Of a stretch of DNA of 46,750 bases, positions 26,789 through 35,021 are shown piece after piece (within the stretch, counting starts at the first letter, position 1; every line of letters starts with the position of its first letter). Both the position numbers and the translations under genes were made by a program. Below the pieces are notes generated by a model, which did not search any database, was not told the origin of the DNA, and was given only the letters and a program-made list of their open reading frames with translations. This stretch comes from Bdellovibrionales bacterium (GTDB lineage Archaea; Nanobdellota; Nanobdellia; Woesearchaeales; UBA583): NCBI GenBank assembly GCA_964217375.1, contig CAXPJQ010000014.1, positions 1 through 46,750 on the forward strand. The letters are read 5' to 3'.

Positions 26789-27319
26789 ATGAGTAAAAAA
26801 GATGAAAAAAATGAAAAAAGTTGGTTTAGAAGACATCCTATTTTAACGGTTATATTAGGATTAGTTATCTTAGGAATGATTGGAAGTTTCTTAGAAAAAT
26901 CTGAGGAAGCAGTTAAAACTAATAGTTTAAGTTTAGATTCTCAAACAGATTTAACCCAAATCATTCTTCCAAATGATAAAATACCCACAAAATACTACCT
27001 AAGTGAAAAAGAATTTGAGTTAAATGAAAGTGGATTTATTTCAGGTTATAAAAAAAACTTAGCTGAATCTGATGGATTTAGTGGAACTGCTATAACAATT
27101 ACATTTAGCAAATTCTCAGATACATCTCAATCTTTAAACTATTATAATAAATTAACAAATGAAATTAAAGATGCAAGAGGTTATGAAGAAAAAACAGTTT
27201 ATTCTCCATTTGAATGTTTTGCTTATCAAAAAGAATTAGGAATGAATAATCAAAATGAAGTAATTTGTTATAAAGATAATATTGTATTTAGTATAAAAGG
27301 AATTGGTTTTATGTATTAG
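26789..27319 (+). CDS. Membrane-anchored hypothetical protein
   Basis: The track ORF starts at a TTG (26747), but the ATG at 26789 (MSKKDEK...) is more plausible. One TM segment (ILTVILGLVILGMIGSFL) and an extracytoplasmic domain. Confidence 0.45.
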   Translation: MSKKDEKNEKSWFRRHPILTVILGLVILGMIGSFLEKSEEAVKTNSLSLDSQTDLTQIILPNDKIPTKYYLSEKEFELNESGFISGYKKNLAESDGFSGTAITITFSKFSDTSQSLNYYNKLTNEIKDARGYEEKTVYSPFECFAYQKELGMNNQNEVICYKDNIVFSIKGIGFMY

Positions 27320-27366
27320 TATGATTTAGAAGATTTATTTGATTTACAAAAAGAACATATCTTAAA

Positions 27367-27732
27367 TTAATAATATAATATTTTTGATATTTTATCATTA
27401 TACTTTCTTAACTTTTTTAATAGATTAAATGTTGGCATTTTAAGCTCTGACCTCAAAGTTACTTCTGTTGCAATTATAGATCTTTCTCTTTCAATTCTTG
27501 TTATCATTATTGATTTAATTAATTCCTTTCTTCTAAAAATTATTTCATCTGCAATACGATTTACAGTTGTATGAGAAACATTATGTTTTCTTGCTAATTG
27601 AGACCTGTTCCAAAAAAAACCATATTTATTTATTGTATGATTAATATCCTCTTTTAATCTTCTTTTTGCTCTATATCTTAATTGTCCATTATTTTTGTGA
27701 GTATTAAGATTATAATATACAAACTTTTTCAT
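27367..27732 (-). CDS. Small HTH DNA-binding protein
   Basis: HTH-like RSQLARKHNVSHTTVNRIADEI. The internal ATG at 27732 (MKKFVYY...) is preferred over the Cys/Phe-rich N-terminal extension of the track ORF. Confidence 0.4.
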   Translation of the reverse strand: MKKFVYYNLNTHKNNGQLRYRAKRRLKEDINHTINKYGFFWNRSQLARKHNVSHTTVNRIADEIIFRRKELIKSIMITRIERERSIIATEVTLRSELKMPTFNLLKKLRKYNDKISKILYY

Positions 27733-27893
27733 AGAATTATTATGATTTTCAACTTTTATATATTTATTTTTACAAAATTGAACGCAACATAAGAGCAAAA
27801 AAATAAAGATGTATATACAATGTTTATACATTTAGCTTTTTCTTTATAAATAAATAAGAAAAATACTATCAAATGTATAACTTTAATATAGAT

Positions 27894-28259
27894 TCACATT
27901 TTGGCAGTAAGTTTCTTGATATAATTAGTTAATGAACCAATAATTTCATCCAACATTTCAGACAGTCTATCATAAGTTCTGGAACTTATATATTCTAAAT
28001 CTTTAGCTACTAATAATTGATATTCTACTTCTTTCGCAGAACCTAAAGAGTGATGGAGGAATTGTTTATAGTCTTTTATAGTATTTCTCCCCGATCCTTC
28101 TGCAATATTTGAGCCAATACTTGTAACTGCTCTTTTTATTTGATTAGTTAAAGAGAATTGCTCATCCTTTGGGAAGTCCTTTGTTGCTTTGTAAACTTCA
28201 AGAGTTAATTGATGAGCTCTTTTAAAAAAGTTTAAATCTTTATAATTTACTGCTACCAT
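27894..28259 (-). CDS. Four-helix-bundle protein (23S rRNA intervening-sequence protein / Avd-like family)
   Basis: Family-typical YKDL.F.KRAHQLTLEVYKATKDFPKDEQFSLTNQIKRAVTSIGSNIAEGSGR...EVEYQL. Confidence 0.75.
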   Translation of the reverse strand: MVAVNYKDLNFFKRAHQLTLEVYKATKDFPKDEQFSLTNQIKRAVTSIGSNIAEGSGRNTIKDYKQFLHHSLGSAKEVEYQLLVAKDLEYISSRTYDRLSEMLDEIIGSLTNYIKKLTAKM

Positions 28260-28260
28260 T

Positions 28261-30867
28261 TTACTCTAATAGTTTATATTCTCCTTTTCTTGGTTCAAAT
28301 ATTACTCCTTCATTTTTTAAATCATATAAGGTTTCATTTATATTCTCACAGTAGTTAGGGATAAGATCTTTTATATCTTCTATTTTTAATAACTTTTTAT
28401 TATTAAATAAATCTATTAACATCTCTTTTGTAGATAGTGTAGTATTAGTAGAGTTAGTAGTGTTAGTATTATTAGTAGATAGAGTAGATATATTTTTTTC
28501 TTGGTTATTACCTTCATTATTTTTTGTTATTTTATTACTCCTACTTACCTCTTTTACTTCTCCTTCCTCTACATCCTCTACTGTGAGATATTTATCAAAT
28601 TCTTTTTTCTGAATTATTTTTATCAATTCTTCTTTAGTAAATGTATAATATGTATATCCTCCAGATCTTTTTTTCTTAAAAATTTGACTATGATTTGTAA
28701 ATAATCTTTTTCCCAAATGTACATTAAAAGCAGCTCTATCAGTATGATATTCTAAATAATCACTATTATTTATAGCATATGAAGTTATCTCTTTAACTCC
28801 TAAAGTACATTTATTTGAACTACTATTTTTAGATAATTCATATATTGATTTTAATGCAATAAAGTCCCAATTATCTTCTATGTTAGATTCTTTCTGCTTG
28901 TTTACATTATCCTTTAGAAAATCATTAATCTCTTCAAAGACATCTTCTCCAATGATTTTTGCAATAGTTAGAATTGATTCTACATTTTCTAAGTCTCTAT
29001 TATTAAAATCTTTAAAATAACTTTCATCATAAGTTTTCTCTATTAATTTCCAATTATCTAAAGTCCAAATATGTAAATCATCAACTATGTCTTGCCAGAT
29101 TTTATCAGTCTCTTTTATTTTCTTTCTAGATATCTTAGGATTATTTGTTTTAATCATATTAATCTTAATACATCTTGATTCAGTAACTTCTGGCAATCCA
29201 ATAATATTATTGATTACAACTGGTGAATATCCATTATAACTATTTACTCTATGATTTTTCCCATCTGCTTTGTAACTTTTACTACCTTTTTTATAGAAAA
29301 CTTCAATAAATTGTCTTCCTGCAATTTTTTTATCTTCTGATAGGTTATCATAATTGTCAATTACTAAAGTACCACAAGTGCTTTCAACTACTCGCTCCAT
29401 ACTTGCGGGAGTAATATCTCCATGTATAGCATTATATGTTAATAAAGAATAAATCTTTGCTTGTGTAGATTTTCCAGACCCATGTTCAGCTTGAAAATAC
29501 ATTCTTCCCTTTGCATTAAATATAGGACAGGAATAATTTGAGATTATATCTGCTGCAATGATTGAATGAATTCTAGGGTCTTCGTGATATACATATAACT
29601 TATTTAATCTTTTTATTTCTTCAAAAAGTTCTCTTATATTTATTGGTTCATAATCTTCATCTAAATAATTTTGAATACTTTGATTCGACCATGGATTACT
29701 AATAACTGCTATGTCAAATTTGTTTCTATATGATAGTTTAAACTTATCTCTAATCTCATCATTTTCCTTTGACCATACAGTGTGTATGTTTCTATCTGAT
29801 GTAATTAAAATATCTATAAGTTCATCAGAACTTTCTTTTTGCACTGAGTTGCCAAAATAAAAAACATCATTATGAATTCCAGTTCCAATTCTATCAATTT
29901 TGTTTTTCTCATTAGATAATAAATCTTTAATCTTAGCTTTACCTTTATTATTCTCTTTTTTTAATGATTTAATGTGATTATTATAATTCTTTAAGGCTTT
30001 TTTATATGTGCCTTTCTTGTAGTTCATAGTTGCAGATTTCCATTTTCCAATCTTACAAGAACTCATAATCTCATCAATCAAATCAAAGTCAATAAAACCC
30101 TTCATTAATAGTTTATCTACTAAAGATAATTCTACTTCACTTCTATTTCCTTTTTCAATAGTTGTATTGTAAAGAGTTCTTAATGATTTATTTTTATTGA
30201 TAGTCTCTTCCCAAGAAGATTCTTTTTTTACTTCTTTTTGACTTATAACTTTTAGAACATTTTTATTATTTAATTTGATATTTTCTTTAGTTAGTTCTTT
30301 AAAATATAAAGTTTTAAGTTGAAACTTGTCTTTCTTGTAATGAAATGATTCGGGAATTCTAAATATCCTTGCAAGATCATTAACTCCTTTGTCAACAGTA
30401 TTTGAAATATTATTATATAAAAAGTAAATAAAATCTTTAACAGTTTGTTGATTTTCAACTTTCCATTCAATATCTATTAAAATATGATACCCATTCCCAC
30501 TTTCTGCAATATATGAATATAATATATTATTTTCATCTAAAAAATGTTTTACTTTCTCAAAGTCTTCTTTTTTTGCATTATCTAAATCAATAAAAATAAA
30601 ATTGATTCTATCAATAAATCCATTTCCTCTTTTTCTTTTATTTAATGGGTTGAAATTGATAAAAACTCCCCAACCTTCTTTGTTTTTTGTTTTTATATTA
30701 GAGATTAAACTTTCAACATTTCCATCATTAGAAAAATATGAAATTGGAAGATTTTTGTTTAAATCTTTATTCTTATCATTAAAAGATATAACTTCAAAAA
30801 AAGATTTTTTAGTATTTCTTTTGTTAATAATATAATCTAAAACTTCTTTCATGTTATTCTCCTCCAT
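28261..30867 (-). CDS. Replication protein: archaeo-eukaryotic PrimPol domain + SF3/D5-like P-loop helicase + C-terminal wHTH (pRN1 ORF904-like architecture)
   Basis: PrimPol motifs FIFIDLD (DxD) and ESGNGYHILI (sGxGxH). Walker A AEHGSGKST and Walker B-like TLVIDNYD. C-terminal wHTH-like LYDLKNEGVIFEPRKGEYKL. Confidence 0.7.
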   Translation of the reverse strand: MEENNMKEVLDYIINKRNTKKSFFEVISFNDKNKDLNKNLPISYFSNDGNVESLISNIKTKNKEGWGVFINFNPLNKRKRGNGFIDRINFIFIDLDNAKKEDFEKVKHFLDENNILYSYIAESGNGYHILIDIEWKVENQQTVKDFIYFLYNNISNTVDKGVNDLARIFRIPESFHYKKDKFQLKTLYFKELTKENIKLNNKNVLKVISQKEVKKESSWEETINKNKSLRTLYNTTIEKGNRSEVELSLVDKLLMKGFIDFDLIDEIMSSCKIGKWKSATMNYKKGTYKKALKNYNNHIKSLKKENNKGKAKIKDLLSNEKNKIDRIGTGIHNDVFYFGNSVQKESSDELIDILITSDRNIHTVWSKENDEIRDKFKLSYRNKFDIAVISNPWSNQSIQNYLDEDYEPINIRELFEEIKRLNKLYVYHEDPRIHSIIAADIISNYSCPIFNAKGRMYFQAEHGSGKSTQAKIYSLLTYNAIHGDITPASMERVVESTCGTLVIDNYDNLSEDKKIAGRQFIEVFYKKGSKSYKADGKNHRVNSYNGYSPVVINNIIGLPEVTESRCIKINMIKTNNPKISRKKIKETDKIWQDIVDDLHIWTLDNWKLIEKTYDESYFKDFNNRDLENVESILTIAKIIGEDVFEEINDFLKDNVNKQKESNIEDNWDFIALKSIYELSKNSSSNKCTLGVKEITSYAINNSDYLEYHTDRAAFNVHLGKRLFTNHSQIFKKKRSGGYTYYTFTKEELIKIIQKKEFDKYLTVEDVEEGEVKEVSRSNKITKNNEGNNQEKNISTLSTNNTNTTNSTNTTLSTKEMLIDLFNNKKLLKIEDIKDLIPNYCENINETLYDLKNEGVIFEPRKGEYKLLE

Positions 30868-31147
30868 TACTTTCTAAAAACTCACAAAATAAGTTTGTAA
30901 ATCTATATCGATATAACATAGTAGCACTTTCTTCTCTTTCAATAACTTTATATTCACATAATTCTGAGAGTATTGTTTGACTTCTTTCATTTGAAACAAA
31001 TAAAAAATCTGCAATATTATCTCTATTAATTCCTCTTCTCCTACAATAGTATAACTTCTTTAATTGAGTTAACCAAGGCAATGAAGAGAAAACCTTATAT
31101 TGTTTGAAATCTCTTTCATTATTAGGTGGATTAATCTTGTCGTTCAT
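30854..31147 (-). CDS. Small winged-helix protein
   Basis: 97 aa. RDNIADFLFVSNERSQTILSELCEYKVIERE. Overlaps the replicase start by 14 nt. Confidence 0.45.
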   Translation of the reverse strand: MNDKINPPNNERDFKQYKVFSSLPWLTQLKKLYYCRRRGINRDNIADFLFVSNERSQTILSELCEYKVIEREESATMLYRYRFTNLFCEFLESNGGE

Positions 31148-31423
31148 TTAATCTTCACCTCTTTGTTCTGATTCTTTATACTTCAATAAATACCAGGAGT
31201 ATAAATCATTTAACATTGTGATTAATTCTGGAATCTCTTTTATGTTAAAATTAACAGTATTCTTATTCCATTCTCCATCTTTGTTGTATGACTTAGATAA
31301 TCCTAAAGTCATAATTTCATACTCATCTCCTTCTTTTTGTACCTTGTTTTTCCATAAAGTTGTTTCAACAAGTTTAACTCTTTGTTTTCTAATTGGTTTA
31401 TTGTTCTCCATTTTCTTTTGCAT
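31148..31423 (-). CDS. Small conserved protein, paralogue of 39832..40080 (function unknown; a PC4/YdbC-like ssDNA-binding fold is only a guess)
   Basis: Motifs shared with the paralogue: W-K-x-K, EY, (S/N)Y(N/K)(K/D)..G...K.T..FNI.(E/D)IP..I..L...YS. Confidence 0.45.
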   Translation of the reverse strand: MQKKMENNKPIRKQRVKLVETTLWKNKVQKEGDEYEIMTLGLSKSYNKDGEWNKNTVNFNIKEIPELITMLNDLYSWYLLKYKESEQRGED

Positions 31424-31538
31424 TTAAATAATAAATAAGACTTACTTTGATAAGTCCAGAAAGCTTTTGACCATTCCTTTCTGCATATTTCTCGGCTCTT
31501 AAAGCCACTTCATCATCTAATGATATTGTTTTAATCAT
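31398..31538 (-). CDS. Ribbon-helix-helix (CopG/Arc-like) protein
   Basis: From the internal ATG at 31538: MIKTISLDDEVALRAEKYAERNGQKLSGLIKVSLIYYL (beta-strand plus two helices). It is the first gene of the replication operon, as in pRN-type plasmids. Confidence 0.55.
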   Translation of the reverse strand: MIKTISLDDEVALRAEKYAERNGQKLSGLIKVSLIYYLNAKENGEQ

Positions 31539-31602
31539 TGTAATAAAACCATTAAAAAGCATTAAGTTTAAATAAACAGGAATATTTATAATCAATTAAG
31601 TT

Positions 31603-32556
31603 ATGAAAGAAATCCCAAAAATAGGCCTAAAATACAAGTATTCTTTTAAAATATATCAGTTATTATTAAAACAAGAGAATGGACTAACTTTAAAACAAAT
31701 CATTTCTAATTTATGGGATATCAAAACAGAAATATCAGAATTTATTTCTGTTAAATGTATGCAATGTGGTGAGGATAATTTGAAAAAGTCTTCAAACTTT
31801 ACAAAATGGATAAATGAATTACCTTTTTACTTGAATAATAATTTAGATCTTGATTTTATTGATATTAGATGTTCAAAGTGTCATAAAAGGTTAATAAAAA
31901 CAAGAAAAAGAAAATTAATCAAAAAATTGGATTATAAAAGAATATTTGATGTTGATTTGCCTGAAACTGTTTTTAAGAGCAAGTCGGGTCATTTGTTAGC
32001 TCGAGAGATTGACGAATTGTTAGATAACGAATTAATTGAAAAAATAGAAAATAAATATTACCTCAATTTATTTACATTTATTTTTTTGATTACTAATATT
32101 GAAGGGGACCCTGGTGTTTTAGAGTGTGAAATTGCAAATACAAAAATACCTCTTTTTTTTATTAATGATTATATTTGTCCTAATTTAAATAAAATAAATA
32201 ATATAAATGATATTTTTAGAAATATTTTTAATTCTCTTATTATAATTAATCCACAAGAATTTGAGAAAAATATTATTGGAAACGAGACACAAACATATTT
32301 TAGTAAAACCGAGAAAAAATTGTTAATCGAATTACAAAGAAAATGTTGGTTATTTGAAAAAGAAACTCAAAAATCTTCAATTTTTGATTTATATAAATCC
32401 ATATTGGTTCAGACTAATTTTAAACAATATAAAAAAAACGAATTAAAAGATGCAAAATTAATTGCAGAAGAATTCAAATTAAATGATATTGCAAATTTTA
32501 TTTATCAAAATGTTAAAAATACTGAATCTTTATTATTAAATAAATATAGAAAATAA
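31603..32556 (+). CDS. Hypothetical protein with a CxxC...CxxC zinc ribbon
   Basis: CMQCGE...CSKCHK. No family recognised. Its stop abuts the tRNA gene. Confidence 0.45.
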   Translation: MKEIPKIGLKYKYSFKIYQLLLKQENGLTLKQIISNLWDIKTEISEFISVKCMQCGEDNLKKSSNFTKWINELPFYLNNNLDLDFIDIRCSKCHKRLIKTRKRKLIKKLDYKRIFDVDLPETVFKSKSGHLLAREIDELLDNELIEKIENKYYLNLFTFIFLITNIEGDPGVLECEIANTKIPLFFINDYICPNLNKINNINDIFRNIFNSLIIINPQEFEKNIIGNETQTYFSKTEKKLLIELQRKCWLFEKETQKSSIFDLYKSILVQTNFKQYKKNELKDAKLIAEEFKLNDIANFIYQNVKNTESLLLNKYRK

Positions 32557-32628
32557 AGCTATCGGCGGGAGTTGAACCCGCGACCTCTTGCCTACCAAGC
32601 AAGCGTTCTACCACTGAACTACGACAGC
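32557..32628 (-). tRNA. tRNA-Thr (anticodon GGT), intact, element-borne, no encoded CCA
   Basis: Manual cloverleaf: GCTGTCG-TA-GTTC-AGTGGTA-GAAC-G-CTTGC-TTGGTAG-GCAAG-AGGTC-GCGGG-TTCAACT-CCCGC-CGATAGC-T. All stems pair, with one G-U in the acceptor. Confidence 0.85.
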
Positions 32629-32674
32629 AATAAGGATTATAATAATAAAACTCTCAATTGATTTTAAAAGTTTT

Positions 32675-34711
32675 CTAATTAATTGATTTGAATATGTCTT
32701 CAAACCAAATTAATGAACCTTCTGCAAGTTTCTTTGTTGTAAGATTTACATCTCTTGAATGTCTTATTGCATTTCTAAAATCGTTAATATGAACAAAGTG
32801 TTTTTCTAAGTCAGATTTTGATTTAAAGAAGTCTTCAAATTTATCCCAGTTAGTTCTTATTGTTTTGAAATATTGTAAAATTGTGAAAAAGTCAATAGGA
32901 TTCATTTCTTCTCTTTTTTCAGAAGGATTTTTGTTAAGATGAAGTTCTATTCTTTCTTCAACTCTCTCTCTTAACTCCTGTGAGATAGAAGAATTATAAA
33001 AATCATTACCTAATGTTTTAACAATTAAACTTCTCATATTCTTCTCAAAACTATCAATTAACTTTTCTTCATTTGATGTCATTTCTTTTTCAATGGAAGT
33101 AAAATCTCCAACTAAACTTTTTATCTCTTCTACTATCTTGGTTGCTCTATAGTTTAAGAATTGTTCAAAGTTATCTTCTTCGATTCCAGTTTCATTCAAA
33201 TTATCTATTAAATGAGTTTTCAATGTATTATTGATGGAATTATTTTCAATTAATGATAAGTATTCTTTTGGACTTTTCTTCCCTACATTCTTATTTGTAC
33301 CAGATGGCATAAACATAATATTTGCAATACTATCTTTTAATCCATTAAGTTCATTATGGCTTGCTCTTATATGTTCTTGTGGAAAGATATGATGGTATTC
33401 TTTTGCATTAAACTTTGCAAAATTGTTGAATACTATCTCAGAATTATTAAAAATATTCTTAGGTTTTTTAGATGCAAGGATACATAATAATGTTTTACAG
33501 AAAGCATTTCTAAGGGAGTATTTTTGCTGTATTATTCTTTCAACAGTTACTTGTGGGATAAGGAAATTAAACTTAACTTCTTTATTATCTACAATATTAT
33601 TGATTTGTTTTATATCTTCTACTATTTTTCCTTCTACTGAAGAACTGAATCTATTTGAAACTGCAGCTTTCCAGAACCAATTAACTAACTCTTGAATTTG
33701 ATTTTGATTCTCACTCTTACCTTTGATATTATAAAAAAAGTAACTTATAGGAACAAGCATTGAAGGAAATGGTAATATTTTTGAAGATCCTATGTTTAGA
33801 TTTGTCTTCAAAAAATCAATACTTCTTTTTATTGCTTCCATAGATTCTTTCCAATTATTTTCAATTTCTTCTCTTGTTAAAGATAAAATATCTTTTCTAT
33901 GACAACCACCTTTCACATTTGTGGATATAACTTGAAGTAATGTGATATCATTGATGCCATCATATTTTTGTTCTTTTAGTTCTTTTTGAAATATGTGAAG
34001 TCTTTCTTTTAGGTTAAATGATTTAGACCAGGTTTTTGCAACCATTAAATCAACTACATTTAATATCTGTCCTGAATTGTTAATTCTCTCGAAAATCTGA
34101 CATACTACATCAATTGGTTGGTTTTTAACATATATAACTGAGAACTCATAGTTTTTGAAAGCAGAAATTACTTTATTAAATATTTGAAATCTTGTTTCAT
34201 TTAGCCCTCTTGCTATTGTATAATTCTCAAATATTATTTCCTTTAATGATAAATATCTTCTTCCTTCTTCATCAATTAAATCTTCTTCATTTTCTCCAGA
34301 CATACTTTTGAACTCTTCTGTGTCTAAATCAAAATAAATATCTAATTTTTTATTTTTTATTTGACCATTTACTTTAATCTTAATCTCTGCATTCTCTACA
34401 CTTGCAAATAATGAAGTAATTCTTTGTTGCCCATCTAATACATAGTTTACTTCTCCAGAATAAGTAGAATCAATTGGGATATTGCCTATATTTCTGTGAG
34501 TTAATTCTTGGTTTGTCTCCCAAAATAAGAAAGAACCTATTGGATAATGTTGATATATACTATCCAATAATTTGATAACTTGGCTTTTATCCCATACAAA
34601 ATCTCTTTGAAAATCAGGTATTTTTAATCTACCATCTTTAATCTCATTTATTAAAGAATCAAACTTTTTTCTATCTGGTTTTATCTTCTCACCATTCATA
34701 ATATAATCCAT
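32675..34711 (-). CDS. GmrSD-like type IV restriction-type protein: DUF262 (ParB-like, DGQQR) + DUF1524-like His-Me finger + C-terminal HEPN (Rx4H)
   Basis: IPDFQRDFVW and VLDGQQRITSL (DUF262). KEYHHIFPQEHI...NIMFMPSGTNK (DUF1524-like). C-terminal FRNAIRHSRD (Swt1-type HEPN-like). The start is placed at ATG 34711 (alternatively 34699) rather than the track's 34852. Confidence 0.65.
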   Translation of the reverse strand: MDYIMNGEKIKPDRKKFDSLINEIKDGRLKIPDFQRDFVWDKSQVIKLLDSIYQHYPIGSFLFWETNQELTHRNIGNIPIDSTYSGEVNYVLDGQQRITSLFASVENAEIKIKVNGQIKNKKLDIYFDLDTEEFKSMSGENEEDLIDEEGRRYLSLKEIIFENYTIARGLNETRFQIFNKVISAFKNYEFSVIYVKNQPIDVVCQIFERINNSGQILNVVDLMVAKTWSKSFNLKERLHIFQKELKEQKYDGINDITLLQVISTNVKGGCHRKDILSLTREEIENNWKESMEAIKRSIDFLKTNLNIGSSKILPFPSMLVPISYFFYNIKGKSENQNQIQELVNWFWKAAVSNRFSSSVEGKIVEDIKQINNIVDNKEVKFNFLIPQVTVERIIQQKYSLRNAFCKTLLCILASKKPKNIFNNSEIVFNNFAKFNAKEYHHIFPQEHIRASHNELNGLKDSIANIMFMPSGTNKNVGKKSPKEYLSLIENNSINNTLKTHLIDNLNETGIEEDNFEQFLNYRATKIVEEIKSLVGDFTSIEKEMTSNEEKLIDSFEKNMRSLIVKTLGNDFYNSSISQELRERVEERIELHLNKNPSEKREEMNPIDFFTILQYFKTIRTNWDKFEDFFKSKSDLEKHFVHINDFRNAIRHSRDVNLTTKKLAEGSLIWFEDIFKSIN

Positions 34712-34785
34712 ATACAACTTATTTATAAATATATTTCTCTCTACTGTGAGCCAAGAAATGACAACCCTTTTAAAATCTGCTTGCG

Positions 34786-34803
34786 ATATCGTATATACGA
34801 TAT
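34786..34803. promoter_or_regulatory. Perfect 18-bp palindrome atatcgtatatacgatat, 8 nt upstream of the Int(N) ATG
   Basis: Read directly. The sequence is self-complementary, and its 15-nt core recurs at 12946-12960. Confidence 0.55.
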
Positions 34804-34811
34804 TTTGAAAA

Positions 34812-35021
34812 ATGGGACGAATTAAGAAAAATCGAGTAGTTGTGGCAATCAAGTTAGATACAGAATTAAAAAATCTCTTAGATGCCAGAAAAGTGGAGAA
34901 GAGCTCCTTTATTAATGAAATACTGTGGAAACACTTCGCATTAGAGAGGAATATTCCCCAATCTCAAAACTCCTATCTCAGCTCTCCCGAAAGCCTTACC
35001 AATGCAACGCTCTACCACTGA
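34812..35021 (+). CDS. Int(N): N-terminal fragment of the partitioned integrase; stands alone as a 69-aa RHH-like protein
   Basis: VVVAIKLDTELKNLLDARKVEKSSFINEILWKHF resembles a ribbon-helix-helix fold. The ORF reads through the attR core (LTNATLY) and stops 5 nt beyond it, in host tRNA sequence. Confidence 0.65.
   Translation: MGRIKKNRVVVAIKLDTELKNLLDARKVEKSSFINEILWKHFALERNIPQSQNSYLSSPESLTNATLYH
34996..35016. repeat. attR core: 21-bp direct repeat ttaccaatgcaacgctctacc
   Basis: Identical to 12861-12881. Confidence 0.85.

Larger units (their letters stand above)
12861..35016. mobile_element. Integrated ~22.1-kb plasmid/provirus-like element (SSV-type integrase, pRN-like replication module, defence cargo, own tRNA-Thr)
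   Basis: Bounded by the 21-bp direct repeats inside a tRNA-Thr gene, with split integrase halves at the two ends in the same orientation and frame. The interior carries PrimPol-helicase, RHH and wHTH genes plus restriction-modification (R-M) and other defence genes. Confidence 0.8.

Noticed and set aside
27894-28259. Whether the Avd-like four-helix-bundle gene signals a diversity-generating retroelement.
   Set aside because: No reverse transcriptase gene and no template/variable repeat pair is visible anywhere in the window.
28501-31427. Plus-strand ORFs 28501..28704, 30602..30835 and 31218..31427.
   Set aside because: They are antisense to the replicase and small replication-operon genes, and are Phe/Leu/Ile-rich.
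33423-33695. A 90-aa plus-strand ORF inside the GmrSD-like gene, and the similar case 38124..38372 inside the beta-helix gene.
   Set aside because: Both are antisense, nested ORFs without motifs.
34712-34852. A 47-codon N-terminal extension of the GmrSD-like ORF in the track (MIATTTRFFLIRP...).
   Set aside because: It would run across the 18-bp palindrome and overlap the Int(N) start. The DUF262 homology begins after the ATGs at 34711 and 34699, so the extension is most likely non-coding promoter DNA.
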